A stretch of 64,000 nt of DNA from an uncultured Acidobacteriota bacterium (GTDB lineage Bacteria > Actinomycetota > Acidimicrobiia > Spongiisociales > ZC4RG35): positions 128,001-192,000 of the forward strand of contig CAWHEU010000018.1 of NCBI GenBank assembly GCA_963828465.1. Reading direction: 5' to 3'. The translations under genes were made by a program, and so were the position numbers. Below the pieces are notes generated by a model. The model made no database searches and was not told the DNA's origin. It worked only from the letters and a program-made list of their open reading frames with translations. This document shows positions 57,746 to 64,000 of this stretch, in pieces (the stretch's first letter is position 1; the number at the start of each line of letters is the position of its first letter).

Positions 57746-57988
57746 ATGAGAAAGGTGATAGCAGCGACGGCCCTGGCAGCACTTCTGGCCCTACCCAGCT
57801 TGGCCCAAGCCAAGTATGAGGAAGGCGGAGGCGGCGGGAGCCCGAGCGGCGCCAGTGCCTGTGCCGACCAGGTCCTCGACATGGAGTTGTCGGCCAATGA
57901 GCTGTCGGCCAACGAGCGGATCATGGCCGATACCTGGAAGGGTCACCTCCCCTCCCGCAAGGCAGCGGCGTTGGAAGGCACCGATTGA
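57746..57988 (+). CDS. Small secreted hypothetical protein
   Basis: AAGGAAGG upstream; MRKVIAATALAALLALPSLAQA signal peptide with AQA cleavage site. Confidence 0.65.
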   Translation: MRKVIAATALAALLALPSLAQAKYEEGGGGGSPSGASACADQVLDMELSANELSANERIMADTWKGHLPSRKAAALEGTD

Positions 57989-58006
57989 AAGACCACAAAG
58001 CATGGA

Positions 58007-58104
58007 TCGGCCCGGATGGTGCCGCCGGGCCGATCCAGTGCTAACTCAAGGCAGCGACTGCCTCTTCGTACTTCTGCTCCCACCGATGGACATCCGCGTC
58101 CTCC
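58007..58104 (-). repeat. Orphan copy of the SRPBCC gene 3' end + downstream DNA (direct repeat of 59083-59180)
   Basis: 98-bp ungapped alignment, 12 mismatches by manual count; encodes EDADVHRWEQKYEEAVAALS*. Confidence 0.92.
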
Positions 58105-58128
58105 CTCTTGACGCGGATGAAGCCTCCC

Positions 58129-58145
58129 TTTGACACCCTTTTGAC
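58129..58145 (+). promoter_or_regulatory. 11-bp-phased TTTGAC direct repeat upstream of the lipoprotein gene
   Basis: tttgac at 58129 and 58140; reverse complement of the GTCAAA repeat at 57601. Confidence 0.4.
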
Positions 58146-58304
58146 CCCGCCGTCCGAAAGTCGTCAGACAGCCCGACCAGATAGGCCGGGAGTTGGACGA
58201 AGGGAACTCACGATGAGTCGGAGACGGATCGCAACAATGATCCTGACGGGGTTCACACATGTCGATCCAGACCAGGTTCAGTCGGTCATGTCAGGGGAAA
58301 CGTC

Positions 58305-59027
58305 ATGTCGAACACGGCGCATCGTCCGCTACGTGGCCATCGCTGCCATCGCGATGATCTCACTCGCAGCATGTTCCTCGGGTGCCTCCGACAACCCCAC
58401 GGTGGCTGACACCAGTGAGCCGACCCTGTCGACAACAGTGCCCCCCACCACGACCGAAGCAACGGCCACTGTCGGACCCGGAACCGGCACCGGTTACTTC
58501 GCCGGCTCAGCCCCGGAGGTGCCCGTCACATTCACCATGCCGGCCGGCTGGGAATCGGACGGCCCATTTGTCTCCAAGTCCGACGCCGACCCGGTCTTCG
58601 GGTTGGTGTTCATGAATGTCAGCAACCTGTACACCGATGGTTGTCAATGGGAGCTGGTCGACCCCCCGCCCGGTCCGACCGTTGACGACCTCGCCTCGGT
58701 GTATGCGAATTTGCCGGAGCTCGGAGCCACCCCGCGCGCGATGTCACCGTCGACGGGTTCGAAGGGAAGGAGATCCAGATGACAATTCCCGACTACAACG
58801 AGAACGAATGCAAAGAGGGCAGGTTTGGAATATTTCAGATACACGGTAATGCCGCGGGCGATGTCGCTCCGAACCTCTGGGCACAGGCCCCCCAGCAGCA
58901 GAACAAACTGTGGATCCTCGACGTGGACGGCACCCGGCTCGTGATCCTCGCGGGGTACCCCCCGAACATCTCGGCGCAGGACCGGACCGACCTCGACGGG
59001 ATCCTCAACACGATTCAAATCGGGTAA
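58305..59027 (+). CDS. Hypothetical lipoprotein (apparent indels just after the ATG and near 58735)
   Basis: RTRRIVRYVAIAAIAMISLAAC lipobox, Thr/Pro linker, VTFTMPAGW; continues in ORF 58779-59027 (LWILDVDGTRLVI...ILNTIQIG). Confidence 0.72.
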
Positions 59028-59082
59028 ACCTCCGGTTGGCCAGGGCGATACCTTCGCATAGACCTTGGAGGGTCTCATAGGG

Positions 59083-59180
59083 TCGGTTCGGATGGTGCCG
59101 CCGGAGCAATCCAGCGCTAACTCAAGGCAGCTACGGCATCTTCGTACTTCTTCTCCCACCGATGGACATCGGCATCCTCC
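59083..59180 (-). repeat. Second copy of the 98-bp direct repeat (functional SRPBCC 3' end)
   Basis: Matches 58007-58104; encodes EDADVHRWEKKYEDAVAALS*. Confidence 0.92.
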
Positions 59181-59641
59181 AACGGACCGACAGTTCCGGT
59201 ATCGAGGAGCTCGATCAGTTGGTCAAGGCAGACGTGGTACCCGGCGGCGGCGTCCTTGGCAATGTCGACGTCCTTGCCCAGCCACGTTGTCAAGGTCAGC
59301 AGGGTCCCGTCAGCAACAGCTTCCAGTTCCCACCGCAGCACGTCGGTATCCCAGGTCCACTCGAACACCCGGTATGGGTCCCACACCAGGATCTTTCCAT
59401 AGAGAACCGGTTCCTCGATCGAGTACCGCTCGATCTGCGCCGGCCAGAAGGGCAGTTCGATGTCCGCCCCCTCCTTCCGCTCACCAACGATGTCACAGGG
59501 CATCCAGTGTCTGAGCTGCTCCGACTCGGTCAGCGCAGCCCAGACCTTCTCCGGCGGATGGCGGAGCATTCGCTCGTATCGGAGACCCCATCGCCCGCCA
59601 TCGCGGAGAACGGTCCCCATCGGTTGGTCTCTTATGCTCAT
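59117..59641 (-). CDS. SRPBCC/AHSA1 family protein
   Basis: LRYERMLRHPPEKVWAALT, DPYRVFEWTW, LRWEL, AAGYHVCLDQL. Confidence 0.9.
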   Translation of the reverse strand: MSIRDQPMGTVLRDGGRWGLRYERMLRHPPEKVWAALTESEQLRHWMPCDIVGERKEGADIELPFWPAQIERYSIEEPVLYGKILVWDPYRVFEWTWDTDVLRWELEAVADGTLLTLTTWLGKDVDIAKDAAAGYHVCLDQLIELLDTGTVGPLEDADVHRWEKKYEDAVAALS

Positions 59642-59955
59642 ATGACCTCCATCTCATCGAGACGACGCTCGAGGGCATCTAGCCGCTCCGTCCAGACCCG
59701 TCGGTAAGGATCGAGCCAGGCATCCAGCTCGACCAGAGGCTCGAAGCGGGCTCGGTACATGCGTCGTTGGGCGTCGGGCCGGACCGAAACCAGGCCCGCA
59801 GTTCTGAGCACCCTCAAGTGCTTCGAGACACCCGGTTGTGAAATGCCCAGGGCGCGGACCACGTCACCAACCGGCCGCTCCTCCTCGAGGAGATACTGGA
59901 GAATCCGACGACGATTGTGATCCGCCAGCACCTCAAACGTGTTCACACGGGGCAT
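59638..59955 (-). CDS. ArsR/SmtB family regulator
   Basis: FEVLADHNRRRIL, ISQPGVSKHLRVLR.AGLV, W..RLDALE; ATGA-coupled to SRPBCC. Confidence 0.92.
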   Translation of the reverse strand: MPRVNTFEVLADHNRRRILQYLLEEERPVGDVVRALGISQPGVSKHLRVLRTAGLVSVRPDAQRRMYRARFEPLVELDAWLDPYRRVWTERLDALERRLDEMEVI

Positions 59956-59968
59956 AGTAGCATAGCCA

Positions 59969-59978
59969 GTTATATAAC
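59969..59978. promoter_or_regulatory. Palindrome GTTATATAAC just upstream of arsR, candidate autoregulatory operator
   Basis: Perfect 10-bp AT-rich palindrome 13 nt upstream of the start. Confidence 0.4.
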
Positions 59979-60120
59979 CGAACACGTATCTACCACTCAA
60001 TTCCCCGAAACTCAACACAGCCCCCCACAACTCCACCTACCCACACCCCAATTCCTCCTCACCAAAGACAGTGAAGCGAGCCCTCGGTGGTCTCGGACCG
60101 GGAGTCGGTAGCCTCGCCCG

Positions 60121-60627
60121 GTGCACCTGGCTCAGCTGAATGTCGGCCGTCTTGTCGACGATCCAGACTCCCCCGCCGTCGCCGAGTTCATACAGGCCCT
60201 CCCCGCCATCAACCTGCTCGGTGAGTCGAGCCCCGGATTCATCTGGCGGCTGCAAGATGACGAAGGGCCGGGAGCCCTCGAGCAGCGGTTCCCGGGGCAC
60301 GAAAATGACGATCGTTTCATCGTGAATCTGACCATCTGGACCGATTACGAATCCTTGCGTCATTTCGCAACCCGGTCCGGTCACGGCATGTATCTGAGAC
60401 GGAGGCTGGAGTGGTTCGAGAAGGCCTCCGAGCCAACAACCGTGCTGTGGTGGGTCGAGGAGGGCCACATCCCCGACCTGGAGGAGGCGGCCGACCGGCT
60501 GGCACATCTCCGTCGGCATGGGCCATCGCCTACCGCCTTCGACATGAAGACCACCTACCCGCCTCCCAATGAGGCGAACAGATCGGGATTGATCCACGAT
60601 GAACCCCGTCTAACGGAAGTCCCGTGA
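60121..60627 (+). CDS. DUF3291 family protein
   Basis: HLAQLNVGR, SPGFIWRL, IVNLTIW, RRRLEWF, VLWWV, HGPSPTAF. Confidence 0.88.
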   Translation: MHLAQLNVGRLVDDPDSPAVAEFIQALPAINLLGESSPGFIWRLQDDEGPGALEQRFPGHENDDRFIVNLTIWTDYESLRHFATRSGHGMYLRRRLEWFEKASEPTTVLWWVEEGHIPDLEEAADRLAHLRRHGPSPTAFDMKTTYPPPNEANRSGLIHDEPRLTEVP

Positions 60628-63600
60628 CTGCACGGTCTGCACACCGATCGGCTCGAAATCGCGGGCAACGATGTTGGTCACTCCGTCGTGGTACTCGAGT
60701 CGGCCGTGGATGACCAGCGCCGGGCTCTTGCGCACCACCTGACGATGCTTGGCCCAGACATCGGGGAGCACAATGATGTTGAGGAGCCCGGTCTCGTCTT
60801 CCAGGTTGAGGAAATAGACACCCTTGGCGGTGCCCGGCCTCTGACGATGAGTGATGACGCCGGCCACCTTGATCCTCGACCCGTTCCGCTCCATGGCTAG
60901 TGCCTCGGCCGCGGTCAGACATCCGACCATCTGGTCCCGGACGAAGCTCATCGGATGACGGTTGGAGACCCCGGTCGACCACAGATCGGCCCGATGCTCC
61001 TCCTCGGGAGCCATGATCGGCAGAGGAGGCGCATCCACCCCGGGTGACAGTGCCAGACGCTCGGGGTCGATCTCGGCCAGGGCGCCCGCCGCCCACATCC
61101 CCTCCCGGCGCCCGAGCCCGATCGACTCCAACGCGCCGGAGGCAGCGAGACCCTCCAAAGCCTCCACACCGAGCCCGGTCCTGGCTGCCAGATCCTCTCC
61201 CGAAATGAACTCCCCGCCCAGGATCCGGGCCGCCTCGACCCGTGTCACCTCTTTCTCCCCCATGTTTCGCACGTAGCGCAATCCCATCCGCACCCCGACC
61301 GGAGGCCGGATCGGGTCGTCGATCATCCCTCTCCCCCGCCGCCATCTCTCCCCCAGATAGCCCACGACGTCATCGGGATCTGCCTCGATCGGCTCGATGG
61401 TGCAGTCATGCCACGAGACGTTGACATCGGGAGCCATGACCACAACGCCATGCCGTTGGGCGTCCTGCACCAACGAATTGGGGCTGTAGAAGCCCATCGG
61501 CTGGGCGTTGAGCAGTCCGGCCAGGTACTCGGCGGGGTAATGGAAGCGAAGCCAGGCCGACATGTAGACGATGTAGGCGAAGCTCACCGAGTGGCTTTCG
61601 GGGAACCCGAAAGCGGCAAAGCCCTGGAGCTTCTCCCAGATCTCGTCGGCGGCAGCACCGACGATCCCGTTGCCCGCCATCCCTGCATACAGATCCTCAC
61701 GAAGCCGGCCCATCGCCTGCTCCGAGCGCTTGTGGGTCATCGCCTGACGGAGCCTGTCCGCCTGTCCTCCGTCGAAACCGGCGCAGACCCGGGCAAGCTC
61801 CATGAGCTGCTCCTGGAAGACGGGGACACCCAGGGTCTTCTCCAGGATCTCCTCGGTCGAGGGGTGGGGGTAGACGACAGGCTCCTCGCCGTTGCGCCGG
61901 CGCAGATAGGGATGGACCGATTGCCCCTGGATTGGGCCGGGGCGGATCAGCGCCACCTCGATCGCCAGGTCGTAGAAGGTCTTCGGCTTCATCTTGGGCA
62001 AGGTGGCCATCTGTGCCCGGGACTCGATCTGGAACAGCCCCACCGTGTCGGAACGGGTTATCGAGCGGTAGATGGCCTGTTCTTGGGGGATGGTGGACAG
62101 GTCGACGTCGATGCCGTGGGTGTCCTCGATCAGGTCGTGGGCGAGATGGAGGGCATTGAGCATCCCCAGCCCGAGCAGGTCGAACTTGACGATCCCCACT
62201 GCCGCCGAGTCGTCCTTGTCCCATTGGAGGACAGTGCGGCCCTCGAGTCTCCCCCACTCCAGGGGAACCACCTGCCACAGGGGCCGATCGGCGATCACCA
62301 TTCCCCCGGAGTGGATCCCGAGATGGCGGGGGAAGCCGTCGAGACGCCAGCAGATGTCGTAGATCATCTCGGCGGTCATCCCTTCAGGCAAAGGGCTGTC
62401 GAGACGGATCTGGGCAGGGTCCCGGGTGTCCACGTACTTGGACAGCCCGTCTACCTGGGCCTGGGTGAACCCGAAGGTCTTGGCCACATCACGGAGCACC
62501 GACCGTGCCCTGTAGGTGATCACGTTGGCCACCATCGCCGCCCGCTCCCGACCGTACTTGTGGTAGCAGAACTGGATCACCTCCTCCCGGCGATCGGCCT
62601 CGAAGTCGATGTCGATGTCGGGTGGGCGGCCCCGCTCTTCGGAGAGGAACCGCTCGAAGGGGAGATGGAGCCGGATCGGGTCGACCCGGGTCAACCCGAG
62701 ACAGCGGCATACCGCAGAGTCGGCCCCAGAGCCCCGAATCTGGCAGTAGATGTCTTGGGTGCGGGCGAAGTCCATGATGTCCTTCACCACCAAGAAGTAA
62801 CCGGGAAAGCCCAGGGACTCGATGATGTCCAGCTCGTGCTCGAGCCGGCGCCGGGCATTGGGGTCGATACCGTCTTCGCTCCCCGGGTACACGTCCCGTG
62901 CCCCTTCCCAGGTGAGATGACGCAGATACTCCATCTCGTCCCGGAAATGACCGGGCATGGGGAAATCGGGGAGATTGGGCGCCACCAGCCCGAGGTCGAA
63001 GGCGAGCCGACGGCCCAGCTCGGCACTCCTCGCCACTGCCCCGGGGTAACGGGTGAAGCGCCGGGCCATCTCGGCGGGATGTTTCAGGTATCGCTCGTCG
63101 CTGGCCGGGCGGAACCCGTCGGCGACTGCGAGGGTGCGGCGGCCTCCGATGGCGGCCAACACCTCGGACAGGTCGGCGTCTTGTGGGTCGTGATAGTGGA
63201 CCTGGTTGGTGGCAACGACGGGGAGGGAGAGCTTATGGGCCACCTCCCACATCAAGTCGTTACGAGGGTCATCCTCGGGCATGCGGTGATGCCAGAGCTC
63301 CAGATGAAGCCGGGGGCCGAACAACTCGCGGAGACGGGAGGCCTGGCGCATGGCACCGCCCAGATCCCCTCCGGCTGCAGCCTTGGGCACGGCGCCGGCA
63401 TGGCAACCGGTGAGGACATTGAGATCATGGTCGGCCGCGGCGGCGGCCAGGTCGTCCCAGTTGTAGATCGGGTGGCCCTTTTCCCCCCGCATCTGGGCTC
63501 TCGTCACCAGATTGGAGAGGGTCCGGTACCCGTTTGGGGATCCGGCGAGCAGCACCAGATGGTCGGTTTCGGGGAGATTCGTCGGCTTGGCGCCATGCGA

Positions 63601-63927
63601 GCGCACACTGCGTCCTCGACGCAGCCGCCCTTGACCGCCCTTGGCCCGGGCATGACGGTGCTCATCCCATTCCCGAGCGGCCGCCACCGGGTCACCGGGG
63701 CCGGCGGGATCGGTCTCGAGCCCGATCTCCACTCCGTAGATGGCAGGCAGCCCGGTTTCCTTTGCCGCCTGCCAGAACCTCGACACTCCGTAGAACCCGT
63801 CGTGATCGGTGACCGCCAGTGCCTCGTGGCCGAGATCGATGGCCCGTTCCACCAGGTCTTCGGGATGGGAGGCGCCATCGAGGAAGGAGAAATTGGTATG
63901 ACAGTGCAGCTCGGCGTACCCGCTCAC
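60610..63927 (-). CDS. dnaE2: Error-prone DNA polymerase DnaE2
   Basis: YAELHCHTNFSFLDGASHPE, RGSGADSAVC, PDIDIDFE, PRHLGIHSGG, QWDKDD, FQIESRAQM, FGFPESH, QRPGTAKG, terminal SRDFR motif of DnaE2. Confidence 0.96.
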   Translation of the reverse strand: MSGYAELHCHTNFSFLDGASHPEDLVERAIDLGHEALAVTDHDGFYGVSRFWQAAKETGLPAIYGVEIGLETDPAGPGDPVAAAREWDEHRHARAKGGQGRLRRGRSVRSHGAKPTNLPETDHLVLLAGSPNGYRTLSNLVTRAQMRGEKGHPIYNWDDLAAAAADHDLNVLTGCHAGAVPKAAAGGDLGGAMRQASRLRELFGPRLHLELWHHRMPEDDPRNDLMWEVAHKLSLPVVATNQVHYHDPQDADLSEVLAAIGGRRTLAVADGFRPASDERYLKHPAEMARRFTRYPGAVARSAELGRRLAFDLGLVAPNLPDFPMPGHFRDEMEYLRHLTWEGARDVYPGSEDGIDPNARRRLEHELDIIESLGFPGYFLVVKDIMDFARTQDIYCQIRGSGADSAVCRCLGLTRVDPIRLHLPFERFLSEERGRPPDIDIDFEADRREEVIQFCYHKYGRERAAMVANVITYRARSVLRDVAKTFGFTQAQVDGLSKYVDTRDPAQIRLDSPLPEGMTAEMIYDICWRLDGFPRHLGIHSGGMVIADRPLWQVVPLEWGRLEGRTVLQWDKDDSAAVGIVKFDLLGLGMLNALHLAHDLIEDTHGIDVDLSTIPQEQAIYRSITRSDTVGLFQIESRAQMATLPKMKPKTFYDLAIEVALIRPGPIQGQSVHPYLRRRNGEEPVVYPHPSTEEILEKTLGVPVFQEQLMELARVCAGFDGGQADRLRQAMTHKRSEQAMGRLREDLYAGMAGNGIVGAAADEIWEKLQGFAAFGFPESHSVSFAYIVYMSAWLRFHYPAEYLAGLLNAQPMGFYSPNSLVQDAQRHGVVVMAPDVNVSWHDCTIEPIEADPDDVVGYLGERWRRGRGMIDDPIRPPVGVRMGLRYVRNMGEKEVTRVEAARILGGEFISGEDLAARTGLGVEALEGLAASGALESIGLGRREGMWAAGALAEIDPERLALSPGVDAPPLPIMAPEEEHRADLWSTGVSNRHPMSFVRDQMVGCLTAAEALAMERNGSRIKVAGVITHRQRPGTAKGVYFLNLEDETGLLNIIVLPDVWAKHRQVVRKSPALVIHGRLEYHDGVTNIVARDFEPIGVQTVQSRDFR

Positions 63928-63939
63928 CTGCTCACTATA

Positions 63940-63955
63940 TCGAACATATGTTCGA
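63940..63955. promoter_or_regulatory. LexA (SOS) box
   Basis: TCGAACATATGTTCGA, perfect actinobacterial TCGAAC-N4-GTTCGA palindrome 12 nt upstream of dnaE2. Confidence 0.92.
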
Positions 63956-64000
63956 CTGTTCCCTCCTCGACTTAGGACTGAATGCGTCCTAGATGGGACT

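Noticed and set aside
51801-59180. Prophage, IS or ICE
   Set aside because: No integrase, transposase, terminal inverted repeats or phage genes are visible; only the 98-bp gene-tail duplication.
61408-63975. 855-aa plus-strand ORF
   Set aside because: Antisense shadow of dnaE2, typical of high-GC codon bias; no recognisable motifs. The same applies to other long shadows (e.g. 1172-2134, 28692-29888, 35945-37276).

Overview
GC-rich bacterial chromosome segment. The gene set (F420 synthesis cofG/cofH, LLM oxidoreductases, a mycothiol-dependent-family enzyme, mycobacterial-type Lhr, DnaE2 with a TCGAAC-N4-GTTCGA LexA box) points to an actinobacterium, possibly Acidimicrobiia (inference). About 60 densely packed CDS; I saw no rRNA, tRNA, CRISPR array or transposase. 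Clear regulatory elements are a SAM-I-type riboswitch (metY), a Zur box and an SOS box. Many genes carry single-base frameshifts, most likely sequencing or assembly indels, very dense at 52-56 kb. The most striking item is a translationally coupled three-gene unit at 46.9-49.2 kb (- strand): a 75-aa peptide with a leader and an Asp-rich repeat core (D-S/T-D-G-V-D-S/T-T x4), a JmjC/ROXA-like 2OG-Fe(II) oxygenase, and a sucrase/ferredoxin-like [2Fe-2S] protein. It looks like an uncharacterised RiPP-type peptide-modification system. Also notable: a CofH carrying a dead CofG-like domain beside an intact cofG; an AAA+ ATPase with reciprocally swapped Walker A/B residues paired with an HExxH-vWA protein; a giant SARP-pseudocyclase-pseudokinase-STAND-WD40 regulator with 11-bp-phased candidate operators; a duplicated gene 3' end bracketing an inserted lipoprotein gene; and two unusual domain fusions. 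All family assignments come from motif recognition by eye; no database searches were run.
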